Under the pieces are notes generated by a model. That model searched no databases, was not told the DNA's origin, and saw only the letters and a list, made by a program, of their open reading frames with translations. A program made the translations under genes and the position numbers. 64,000 nt of DNA from Octopus sinensis (lineage: Eukaryota): the NCBI RefSeq assembly GCF_006345805.1, contig NC_043020.1, positions 10,850,001 to 10,914,000 of the forward strand. The letters are read 5' to 3'. Shown here one piece after another: positions 38,814 to 51,741 of the stretch (position 1 is the first letter of the stretch; every line of letters starts with the position of its first letter).

Positions 38814-41800
38814 AGTGACTGTGTGGTAAGTAGCTTGCTTACCAACCACATGGTTCCGGGTTCAGTCCCACTGCGTGGCACCTTGGGCAAGTGTCTTCTA
38901 CTATAGCCTCAGGCCGACCAAAGCCTTGTGAGTGGATTTGGTAGATGAAAACTGAAAAAAGCCCGTTGTATATATGTATATATATATACTAAGCAATAAG
39001 GGTTTAGCAACGAGTTGCCTTACCACATACCGAATTTAGAAATAGCAGTCAAAGGGTTATAGCTATTTCTTCTACTAAAAGGGAGATCTCAGTAAAAACA
39101 GCATTTGGAAGGCACAAACAGGTAAGAGAGAATGAATTGACTGCAATCTATCATACATTTTTTTAGTTATCCACGGACGTACGTTTCGAAATCAGTTTTA
39201 AGGAAAGCATACGAATTAAATATTAAATATTAAATAATAAATAATTCTATCTTACCGAAACTTCTTTTCTCTTCAGCGTAGAATACTATAATCATAAATG
39301 ATTATATATATTTCATTCTCTCTTACCTGTTGTGCCTTCCAAATGCTGTTTTTACTGAGATCTCCCTTTTAGTAGAAGAAATAGCTATAACCCTTTGACT
39401 GCTATTTCTAAATTCGGTATGTGGTAAGGCAACTCGTTGCTAAACCCTTATTGCTTAGTATTACTTAAATTTTCCTCGAATGAGGCTTTTACATGCCGAA
39501 GACTACTTGGTGTAATTGATAATTTTTTCCAAATTAATTAATTTCACCCTTCATTATTACGGATAACCATATTTTATCTCAGTAGATGACCACAGCATCT
39601 TGTTTTGGCTACACGCGGGTGGGAAGGGGCTGTTGACACAATCGTTTCATTCACAAATTGAATTCGGTGATACCAGTTGCGGGTTCTAGCTCGCTCTGAT
39701 ACTGAGTGGAGTTGGTGCCTTCTGGTATCTCAAAATTCAATATATAATCATTTATGATTATAGTATTCTACGCTGAAGAGAAAAGAAAGTTTCGGTAAGA
39801 TAGAATTATTTATTATTTAATATTTAATATTTAATTCGTATGCTTTACTTAAAACTTGATTTCGAAACGTACGTCCGTGGATAACTAAAAAAATGTATGA
39901 TAGATTGCAGTCAATTCATTCTCTCTTACCTGTTTGTGCCTTCCAAATGCTGTTTTTACTGAGATCTCCCTTTTTAGTAGAAGAAATAGCTATAACCCTT
40001 TGACTGCTATTTCTAAATTCGGTATGTGGTAAGGCAACTCGTTGCTAAACCCTTATTGCTTAGTATTACTTAAATTTTCCTCGAATGAGGCTTTTACATG
40101 CCGAAGACTACTTGGTGTAATTGATAATTTTTCCAAATTAATTAATTTCACCCTTCATTATTACGGATAACCATATTTTATCTCAGTAGATGACCACAGC
40201 ATCTTGTTTTGGCTACACGCGGGTGGGAAGGGGCTGTTGACACAATCGTTTCATTCACAAATTGAATTCGGTGATACCAGTTGCGGGTTCTAGCTCGCTC
40301 TGATACTGAGTGGAGTTGGTGCCTTCTGGTATCTCAAAATTCAATATATAATCATTTATGATTATAGTATTCTACGCTGAAGAGAAAAGAAGTTTCGGTA
40401 AGATAGAATTATTTATTATTTAATATTTAATATTTAATTCGTATGCTTTACTTAAAACTTGATTTCGAAACGTACGTCCGTGGATAACTAAAAAATGTAT
40501 GATAGATTGCAGTCAATTCATTCTCTCTTACCTGTTTGTGCCTTCCAAATGCTGTTTTTACTGAGATCTCCCTTTTTAGTAGAAGAAATAGCTATAACCC
40601 TTTGACTGCTATTTCTAAATTCGGTATGTGGTAAGGCAACTCGTTGCTAAACCCTTATTGCTTAGTATTACTTAAATTTTCCTCGAATGAGGCTTTTACA
40701 TGCCGAAGACTACTTGGTGTAATTGATAATTTTTCCAAATTAATTAATTTCACCCTTCATTATTACGGATAACCATATTTTATCTCAGTAGATGACCACA
40801 GCATCTTGTTTTGGCTACACGCGGGTGGGAAGGGGCTGTTGACACAATCGTTTCATTCACAAATTGAATTCGGTGATACCAGTTGCGGGTTCTAGCTCGC
40901 TCTGATACTGAGTGGAGTTGGTGCCTTCTGGTATCTCAAAATTCAATATATAATCATTTATGATTATAGTATTCTACGCTGAAGAGAAAAGAAGTTTCGG
41001 TAAGATAGAATTATTTATTATTTAATATTTAATATTTAATTCGTATGCTTTCCTTAAAACTTGATTTCGAAACGTACGTCCGTGGATAACTAAAAAAATG
41101 TATGATAGATTGCAGTCAATTCATTCTCTCTTACCTGTTTGTGCCTTCCAAATGCTGTTTTTACTGAGATCTCCCTTTTTAGTAGAAGAAATAGCTATAA
41201 CCCTTTGACTGCTATTTCTAAATTCGGTATGTGGTAAGGCAACTCGTTGCTAAACCCTTATTGCTTAGTATTACTTAAATTTTCCTCGAATGAGGCTTTT
41301 ACATGCCGAAGACTACTTGGTGTAATTGATAATTTTTCCAAATTAATTAATTTCACCCTTCATTATTATGTATATATATGTATATGTTTGTGTGTCTGTG
41401 TTTGTTCTCCCAAAATCGCTTGACAACCGGTGCTGGTGTGTTTACGTCCCCGTCACTTAGCGGTTCGGCAATAAGAGACCGATAGAATAAGTACTAAAAG
41501 GTGGTGCTCCAGCATGGCCGCAGTCAAATGACTGAAACAAGTAAAATAGTAAAAGAGAGAGAATATAATATAAATTGGACATGGGCAATCGTTGTATTCT
41601 TTCTTGTTTTGAGGTTCACACCCAAACGGCTGGGTGGATTCGCGTGAAAAATGGCACACTTATGCAAACGGGTGCATACATCGGAATGGGGTTTGTATTT
41701 TGGCAATCTTTCGTCTCTAGTAGACCTTTCCGTCGATTTCCTTAACAAAATTTTTTTTTTACATATGGGCTTGCGGGAACTTTTGAAGTAATGAGAGCGA

Positions 41801-42705
41801 AAGAGACTAAGAGAAAGCGATTGTATGACGAGGGAAGTTCTTTTAAAGTTACCGTGCATGGGAGCATTGATGTACATGTGTGTGTGTGTTTGATGGGGTG
41901 TGGGAGACAGACAGTATGTTGTGTAAGTGAAGTGCTTCTGTTAGTGTGTGTGAAGAGACAGAGTAATGTGTGAAAGAAAGAGATAACTGAAATTTTTTAC
42001 TCGGTGTATGTGTATATGTATGTATATCACTTCAAAAGTTCCCGCAAGCCCATATGTAAAAAAAAAAAAATTTTTTACGGAAATCGACGGAAAGGTCTAG
42101 TAGAGACGAAAGATCGCCTGTATTTTTTTCCTAGTCCCACCCCCGATATTTACCTAGAAAATTGATTAAAACTTTTCTATTGGAATTCCCCGTTTGTTCT
42201 GCCATTAAAACAACCAGTTGCTCACAAAAGCCGGCATATACCATTTCGCTAGAAACAAGGGGAGTGCAGGATGACAGTCAGCCACAACTTCCACTATGCT
42301 GTCTCTCTTCTTTCACCTCTCGCACGCACCCACAAACACACACACACACATCCATTTCATATATCTTCTTCCAATTTCTGCTCTCTGCAAATAAAATTTT
42401 GGGATTAATGTATAATTTCTTTCTATGTTCATAATTAAATCACTGTTTTTAATGATTAGACAGAGGTCCAATAGAATAGCTCTCAGAAACAGACTACATA
42501 CAAATTCGTTCTTCACAACTCCTGAAGCTGTTTTTTCTGGCAAGGGGGCAGGGAGTCCGGAAATTTTCATACGGCTGGAGGCTCCAATCGATACAGGGGA
42601 CCCGAAATTATGAAGTTGAGAAAAGGTGGTATAGATTATGCCTAATCAAAAACGATCACAGCGACATCATCCAAAAAGGCCGGGTGAAACAGGGTTTTGC
42701 TGTTA

Positions 42706-42744
<39 letters not shown>

Positions 42745-44240
42745 AGTGACTGTGTGGTAAGTAGCTTGCTTACCAACCACATGGTTCCGGGTTCAGTCCC
42801 ACTGCGTGGCACCTTGGGCAAGTGTCTTCTACTATAGCCTCAGGCCGACCAAAGCCTTGTGAGTGGATTTGGTAGATGAAAACTGAAAAAAGCCCGTTGT
42901 ATATATGTATATATATATATGTATATGTTTGTGTGTCTGTGTTTGTCCTCCCAAAATCGCTTGACAACCGGTGCTGGTGTGTTTACGTCCCCGTCACTTA
43001 GCGGTTCGGCAATAAGAGACCGATAGAATAAGTACTAAAAGGTGGTGCTCCAGCATGGCCGCAGTCAAATGACTGAAACAAGTAAAAGAGTAAAAGAGAG
43101 AGAATATAATATAAATTGGACATGGGCAATCGTTGTATTCTTTCTTGTTTTGAGGTTCACACCCAAACGGCTGGGTGGATTCGCGTGAAAAAATGGCACA
43201 CTTATGCAAACGGGTGCATACATCGGAATGGGGTTTGTATTTTGGCAATCTTTCGTCTCTAGTAGACCTTTCCGTCGATTTCCTAAAAAATTTTTTTTTT
43301 CACATATGGGCTTGCGGGAACTTTTGAAGTAATGAGAGCGAAAGAGACTAAGAGAAAGCGATTGTATGACGAGGGAAGTTCTTTTGAAGTTACCGTGCAT
43401 GGGAGCATTGATGTACATGTGTGTGTGTGTTTGATGGGGTGTGGGAGACAGACAGTATGTTGTGTAAGTGAAGTGCTTCTGTTAGTGTGTGTGAAGAGAC
43501 AGAGTAATGTGTGAAAGAAAGAGATAACTGAAATTTTTTACTCGGTGTATGTGTATATGTATGTATATCACTTCAAAAGTTCCCGCAAGCCCATATGTAA
43601 AAAAAAAAAATTTTTTACGGAAATCGACGGAAAGGTCTAGTAGAGACGAAAGATCGCCTGTATTTTTTTCCTAGTCCCACCCCCGATATTTACCTAGAAA
43701 ATTGATTAAAACTTTTTCTATTGGAATTCCCCCGTTTGTTCTGCCATTAAAACAACCAGTTGCTCACAAAAGCCGGCATATACCATTTCGCTAGAAACAA
43801 GGGGAGTGCAGGATGACAGTCAGCCACAACTTCCACTATGCTGTCTCTCTTCTTTCACCTCTCGCACGCACCCACAAACACACACACACACATCCATTTC
43901 ATATATCTTCTTCCAATTTCTGCTCTCTGCAAATAAAATTTTGGGATTAATGTATAATTTCTTTCTATGTTCATAATTAAATCACTGTTTTTAATGATAA
44001 GACAGAGGTCCAATAGAATAGCTCTCAGAAACATACAAATTCGTTCTTCACAACTCCTGAAGCTGTTTTTTCTGGCAAGGGGGCAGGGAGTCCGGAAATT
44101 TTCATACGGCTGGAGGCTCCAATCGATACAGGGGACCCGAAATTATGAAGTTGAGAAAAGGTGGTATAGATTATGCCTAATCGAAAACGATCACAGCGAC
44201 ATCATCCAAAAAGGCCGGGTGAAACAGGGTTTTGCTGTTA

Positions 44241-44279
<39 letters not shown>

Positions 44280-45782
44280 AGTGACTGTGTGGTAAGTAGC
44301 TTGCTTACCAACCACATGGTTCCGGGTTCAGTCCCACTGCGTGGCACCTTGGGCAAGTGTCTTCTACTATAGCCTCAGGCCGACCAAAGCCTTGTGAGTG
44401 GATTTGGTAGATGAAAACTGAAACAAGCCCGTTGTATATATGTATATATATATATGTATATGTTTGTGTGTCTGTGTTTGTCCTCCCAAAATCGCTTGAC
44501 AACCGGTGCTGGTGTGTTTACGTCCCCGTCACTTAGCGGTTCGGCAATAAGAGACCGATAGAATAAGTACTAAAAGGTGGTGCTCCAGCATGGCCGCAGT
44601 CAAATGACTGAAACAAGTAAAAGAGTAAAAGAGAGAGAATATAATATAAATTGGACATGGGCAATCGTTGTATTCTTTCTTGTTTTGAGGTTCACACCCA
44701 AACGGCTGGGTGGATTCGCGTGAAAAATGGCACACTTATGCAAACGGGTGCATACATCGGAATGGGGTTTGTATTTTGGCAATCTTTCGTCTCTAGTAGA
44801 CCTTTCCGTCGATTTCCTAAAAAATTTTTTTTTTCACATATGGGCTTGCGGGAACTTTTGAAGTAATGAGAGCGAAAGAGACTAAGAGAAAGCGATTGTA
44901 TGACGAGGGAAGTTCTTTTGAAGTTACCGTGCATGGGAGCATTGATGTACATGTGTGTGTGTGTTTGATGGGGTGTGGGAGACAGACAGTATGTTGTGTA
45001 AGTGAAGTGCTTCTGTTAGTGTGTGTGAAGAGACAGAGTAATGTGTGAAAGAAAGAGATAACTGAAATTTTTTACTCGGTGTATGTGTATATGTATGTAT
45101 ATCACTTCAAAAGTTCCCGCAAGCCCATATGTAAAAAAAAAAAAATTTTTTACGGAAATCGACGGAAAGGTCTAGTAGAGACGAAAGATCGCCTGTATTT
45201 TTTTCCTAGTCCCACCCCCGATATTTACCTAGAAAATTGATTAAAACTTTTTCTATTGGAATTCCCCCGTTTGTTCTGCCATTAAAACAACCAGTTGCTC
45301 ACAAAAGCCGGCATATACCATTTCGCTAGAAACAAGGGGAGTGCAGGATGACAGTCAGCCACAACTTCCACTATGCTGTCTCTCTTCTTTCACCTCTCGC
45401 ACGCACCCACAAACACACACACACACATCCATTTCATATATCTTCTTCCAATTTCTGCTCTCTGCAAATAAAATTTTGGGATTAATGTATAATTTCTTTC
45501 TATGTTCATAATTAAATCACTGTTTTTAATGATTAGACAGAGGTCCAATAGAATAGCTCTCAGAAACAGACTACATACAAATTCGTTCTTCACAACTCCT
45601 GAAGCTGTTTTTTCTGGCAAGGGGGCAGGGAGTCCGGAAATTTTCATACGGCTGGAGGCTCCAATCGATACAGGGGACCCGAAATTATGAAGTTGAGAAA
45701 AGGTGGTATAGATTATGCCTAATCGAAAACGATCACAGCGACATCATCCAAAAAGGCCGGGTGAAACAGGGTTTTGCTGTTA

Positions 45783-45818
<36 letters not shown>

Positions 45819-47320
45819 GAGTGACTGTGTGGTAAGTAGCTTGCTACCAACCACATGGTTCCGGGTTCAGTCCCACTGCGTGGCACCTTGGGCAAGTGTC
45901 TTCTACTATAGCCTCAGGCCGACCAAAGCCTTGTGAGTGGATTTGGTAGATGAAAACTGAAAAAAGCCCGTTGTATATATGTATATATATATATGTATAT
46001 GTTTGTGTGTCTGTGTTTGTCCTCCCAAAATCGCTTGACAACCGGTGCTGGTGTGTTTACGTCCCCGTCACTTAGCGGTTCGGCAATAAGAGACCGATAG
46101 AATAAGTACTAAAAGGTGGTGCTCCAGCATGGCCGCAGTCAAATGACTGAAACAAGTAAAAGAGTAAAAGAGAGAGAATATAATATAAATTGGACATGGG
46201 CAATCGTTGTATTCTTTCTTGTTTTGAGGTTCACACCCAAACGGCTGGGTGGATTCGCGTGAAAAATGGCACACTTATGCAAACGGGTGCATACATCGGA
46301 ATGGGGTTTGTATTTTGGCAATCTTTCGTCTCTAGTAGACCTTTCCGTCGATTTCCTAAAAATTTTTTTTTTCACATATGGGCTTGCGGGAACTTTTGAA
46401 GTAATGAGAGCGAAAGAGACTAAGAGAAAGCGATTGTATGACGAGGGAAGTTCTTTTGAAGTTACCGTGCATGGGAGCATTGATGTACATGTGTGTGTGT
46501 GTTTGATGGGGTGTGGGAGACAGACAGTATGTTGTGTAAGTGAAGTGCTTCTGTTAGTGTGTGTGAAGAGACAGAGTAATGTGTGAAAGAAAGAGATAAC
46601 TGAAATTTTTTACTCGGTGTATGTGTATATGTATGTATATCACTTCAAAAGTTCCCGCAAGCCCATATGTAAAAAAAAAAAAATTTTTTACGGAAATCGA
46701 CGGAAAGGTCTAGTAGAGACGAAAGATCGCCTGTATTTTTTTCCTAGTCCCACCCCCGATATTTACCTAGAAAATTGATTAAAACTTTTTCTATTGGAAT
46801 TCCCCCGTTTGTTCTGCCATTAAAACAACCAGTTGCTCACAAAAGCCGGCATATACCATTTCGCTAGAAACAAGGGGAGTGCAGGATGACAGTCAGCCAC
46901 AACTTCCACTATGCTGTCTCTCTTCTTTCACCTCTCGCACGCACCCACAAACACACACACACACATCCATTTCATATATCTTCTTCCAATTTCTGCTCTC
47001 TGCAAATAAAATTTTGGGATTAATGTATAATTTCTTTCTATGTTCATAATTAAATCACTGTTTTTAATGATTAGACAGAGGTCCAATAGAATAGCTCTCA
47101 GAAACAGACTACATACAAATTCGTTCTTCACAACTCCTGAAGCTGTTTTTTCTGGCAAGGGGGCAGGGAGTCCGGAAATTTTCATACGGCTGGAGGCTCC
47201 AATCGATACAGGGGACCCGAAATTATGAAGTTGAGAAAAGGTGGTATAGATTATGCCTAACCGAAAACGATCACAGCGACATCATCCAAAAAGGCCGGGT
47301 GAAACAGGGTTTTGCTGTTA

Positions 47321-47361
<41 letters not shown>

Positions 47362-48864
47362 AGTGACTGTGTGGTAAGTAGCTTGCTTACCAACCACATG
47401 GTTCCGGGTTCAGTCCCACTGCGTGGCACCTTGGGCAAGTGTCTTCTACTATAGCCTCAGGCCGACCAAAGCCTTGTGAGTGGATTTGGTAGATGAAAAC
47501 TGAAAAAAGCCCGTTGTATATATGTATATATATATATGTATATGTTTGTGTGTCTGTGTTTGTCCTCCCAAAATCGCTTGACAACCGGTGCTGGTGTGTT
47601 TACGTCCCCGTCACTTAGCGGTTCGGCAATAAGAGACCGATAGAATAAGTACTAAAAGGTGGTGCTCCAGCATGGCCGCAGTCAAATGACTGAAACAAGT
47701 AAAAGAGTAAAAGAGAGAGAATATAATATAAATTGGACATGGGCAATCGTTGTATTCTTTCTTGTTTTGAGGTTCACACCCAAACGGCTGGGTGGATTCG
47801 CGTGAAAAATGACACACTTATGCAAACGGGTGCATACATCGGAATGGGGTTTGTATTTTGGCAATCTTTCGTCTCTAGTAGACCTTTCCGTCGATTTCCT
47901 TAAAAAATTTTTTTTTTCACATATGGGCTTGCGGGAACTTTTGAAGTAATGAGAGCGAAAGAGACTAAGAGAAAGCGATTGTATGACGAGGGAAGTTCTT
48001 TTGAAGTTACCGTGCATGGGAGCATTGATGTACATGTGTGTGTGTGTTTGATGGGGTGTGGGAGACAGACAGTATGTTGTGTAAGTGAAGTGCTTCTGTT
48101 AGTGTGTGTGAAGAGACAGAGTAATGTGTGAAAGAAAGAGATAACTGAAATTTTTTACTCGGTGTATGTGTATATGTATGTATATCACTTCAAAAGTTCC
48201 CGCAAGCCCATATGTAAAAAAAAAAAAATTTTTACGGAAATCGACGGAAAGGTCTAGTAGAGACGAAAGATCGCCTGTATTTTTTTCCTAGTCCCACCCC
48301 CGATATTTACCTAGAAAATTGATTAAAACTTTTTCTATTGGAATTCCCCCGTTTGTTCTGCCATTAAAACAACCAGTTGCTCACAAAAGCCGGCATATAC
48401 CATTTCGCTAGAAACAAGGGGAGTGCAGGATGACAGTCAGCCACAACTTCCACTATGCTGTCTCTCTTCTTTCACCTCTCGCACGCACCCACAAACACAC
48501 ACACACACATCCATTTCATATATCTTCTTCCAATTTCTGCTCTCTGCAAATAAAATTTTGGGATTAATGTATAATTTCTTTCTATGTTCATAATTAAATC
48601 ACTGTTTTTAATGATTAGACAGAGGTCCAATAGAATAGCTCTCAGAAACAGACTACATACAAATTCGTTCTTCACAACTCCTGAAGCTGTTTTTTCTGGC
48701 AAGGGGGCAGGGAGTCCGGAAATTTTCATACGGCTGGAGGCTCCAATCGATACAGGGGACCCGAAATTATGAAGTTGAGAAAAGGTGGTATAGATTATGC
48801 CTAACCGAAAACGATCACAGCGACATCATCCAAAAAGGCCGGGTGAAACAGGGTTTTGCTGTTA

Positions 48865-48900
<36 letters not shown>

Positions 48901-49292
48901 GAGTGACTGTGTGGTAAGTAGCTTGCTTACCAACCACATGGTTCCGGGTTCAGTCCCACTGCGTGGCACCTTGGGCAAGTGTCTTCTACTATAGCCTCAG
49001 GCCGACCAAAGCCTTGTGAGTGGATTTGGTAGATGAAAACTGAAAAAAGCCCGTTGTATATATGTATATATATATATGTATATGTTTGTGTGTCTGTGTT
49101 TGTCCTCCCAAAATCGCTTGACAACCGGTGCTGGTGTGTTTACGTCCCCGTCACTTAGCGGTTCGGCAAAAGAGACCGATACAATAAGTACTAGGCTTAC
49201 AAAGAATAAGTCCTGGGGTCGATTTGCTCGACTAAAAAGGTGGTGCTCCAGCATGGCCACAGTCAAATGACTGAAACAAGTAAAAGAGTAAG
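37264..49292 (+). repeat. Tandem array of six ~1.54-kb units (SINE A + unique DNA + Merlin-like MITE), closed by a seventh SINE
   Basis: SINE heads at about 37264, 38812, 42743, 44278, 45818, 47360, 48900; periods 1535-1548 bp, except unit 2 which carries a 2.4-kb insertion. Confidence 0.95.
38989..41368. mobile_element. 2.4-kb insertion: 5' inverted partial copy followed by ~3.4 head-to-tail copies of a ~603-bp unit
   Basis: CATTCTCTCTTACC recurs at 39314, 39917, 40519, 41122; 38989-39310 is the reverse complement of part of the unit; inserted in the (TA)n of one SINE. Confidence 0.85.
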
Positions 49293-49408
49293 AGTATATA
49301 TATGTATGTATCTCTATCTATCTATATAAAGCGCTAACAATGTAAATGAGATGTAAATAAATAAATATATATATAATCATCCAACATCTGACTACTTTAT
49401 TACTCTAG

Positions 49409-49444
<36 letters not shown>

Positions 49445-49721
49445 ATGCATAGTATACACATCACACATTTGATGCATCAAATTCAATAAGGCAAATCATT
49501 AATTCATTTAGATTTGTCTGTATTTCAAAATTTCATAATAAAATAATAGTAGAATAATAAAAATTTTTTTAAATAAATACACATTATCTGTGTGTGTGTG
49601 TGTGTGTCATCATCATCGTTTAACGTCCACTTTCCATGCTGGCATGGGTTGGATGGTTTGACTGCAGACTGGCGAGCCAGATGGCTGCACCAGGCTCATA
49701 CATATATATACGTTTATGTGC

Positions 49722-49756
<35 letters not shown>

Positions 49757-49773
49757 CATATACATTTATGGAT

Positions 49774-49812
<39 letters not shown>

Positions 49813-49949
49813 TACATACATACATACATATACATTTATGGATGTTTATATATATATATATATAGATACATACATACATACATATACATTTATGGATGTT
49901 TATATATATATATATAGATACATACATACATACATATACATTTATGGAT

Positions 49950-50000
<51 letters not shown>

Positions 50001-50031
50001 TACATACATACATACATATACATTTATGGAT

Positions 50032-50076
<45 letters not shown>

Positions 50077-50107
50077 TACATACATACATACATATACATT
50101 TATGGAT

Positions 50108-50164
<57 letters not shown>

Positions 50165-50398
50165 CATACATATATATACATTTATGCATGTTTATATATA
50201 TATATATATATACATACATACATACATATATATACATTTATGGATGTTTATATATATATATACATGCATACATATATATACATACATACATATATATACA
50301 TTTATGGATGTTTATATATATATATATACATACATACATACATATATATACATTTATGGATGTTTATATATATATATATATATATATAGATACATACA

Positions 50399-50433
<35 letters not shown>

Positions 50434-50677
50434 TTATGGATGTTATATATATATATATATATATTTACATGCAACATGGAATACTTATTTATATATACAT
50501 TGCATGGTACAGTTATAGAAACTCACAAAAGAGACTCCAAGTTTCTGCATCAACGATATTATGATTGTGGCATTTCCTCAGGTATAAGAAACTTGAAGAC
50601 AAAAAAAAAAAAACCACCACTGCTAGTAGGAAAGATCCCCATTATACGTTCATTATTAAGGTTATATATAAAAACCT

Positions 50678-50869
50678 TCCTTGCACATGTATTTCTTAGA
50701 AGCTGTGTGAACGATCCTTTATTCTTTTATATATTTATTTCTCTTTTCTTAGTATTAAGGTTTTTATATTTTTTAAAATATAAAAACCTTAATACTAAGA
50801 AAAGAGAAATAAATATATAAAAAAATAAAGGATAGTTCACACAGCTTCTAAGAAATACATGTGCAAGGA
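50678..50869. repeat. 192-bp near-perfect palindrome
   Basis: TCCTTGCACATGTATTTCTTAGAAGCTGTGTGAAC...GTTCACACAGCTTCTAAGAAATACATGTGCAAGGA with ~2-nt loop and a few mismatches. Confidence 0.9.
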
Positions 50870-51741
50870 TTGGATATTGGGATTAACCCTTTAGCATTCA
50901 AACCGGTCATATCCGGCCAAAATATTTAACCTGTTTTATATTAAAACTGACCAGATCTCGCCTCTCACCTCAGCCCTACCATCATCATCATCATCATCAT
51001 CATTTAACATCCATTCTCCATGCTAGCATGGGTTGGACGGTTCGACCGGGGATCTGGAAAGCCAGAAGGCTGCACCAGGCTCCGGTCTTATTTGGCAATG
51101 TTTCTACAGCTGGATGCCCTTCCTAACGCCAACCACTCCGTGAGTGTAGTGGGTGCTTTTTACATGCCACCTGCACTGGTGCCAGGCGAGGCTGGCATCG
51201 GCCACGGTCAGATTGGTGCATTTTATGTGCCACCTGCACGGAAGCCAGTCGAGTGCAGGTGGCACGTAAAATGCACCATGTCATTCTAAAACTGAAAAAT
51301 CACATCTCTGTAATCTCTAAACTACAAGATAATGCAGAATTAATTCAAACCATTTTAAATAAACAAACATCACATTTGATAGAATAATCTGAACACTAAA
51401 GGGTTAAAACTGTAAAAAAAAAATCCTTGGTACCCCCAAAATAAATAAGTTTTTAAATACAAACCTTTTTGAGAATTTTAATATAAAAATTTACTTTAAG
51501 AATTAAAAAGCACACGTGAATAATATACTCTAGATTACTTGTGACCGGTTGAGTAACCGGGAAAGTCTGAGTTATTCAGAACCTTTCTTCTCCTCCCAGA
51601 AATCTTTATTGAATACTGTATACTCACTGTATACATTAATTTGTCGTGTGTCTGAATAAAACCTTGAACATGAAGATACTCGCACTGAACGAGCGTTGTC
51701 ATTATTTACTGCACAGTGGTATTTCATGGTAATTGGATTAA

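Noticed and set aside
38374-48772. Repeated 60-117 aa ORFs in the array (MKISGLPAPL..., MYINAPMHG..., MFIIKSLF...)
   Set aside because: They come from SINE, MITE and spacer DNA, are broken by indels in some units and show no domain; recurrence reflects DNA duplication.
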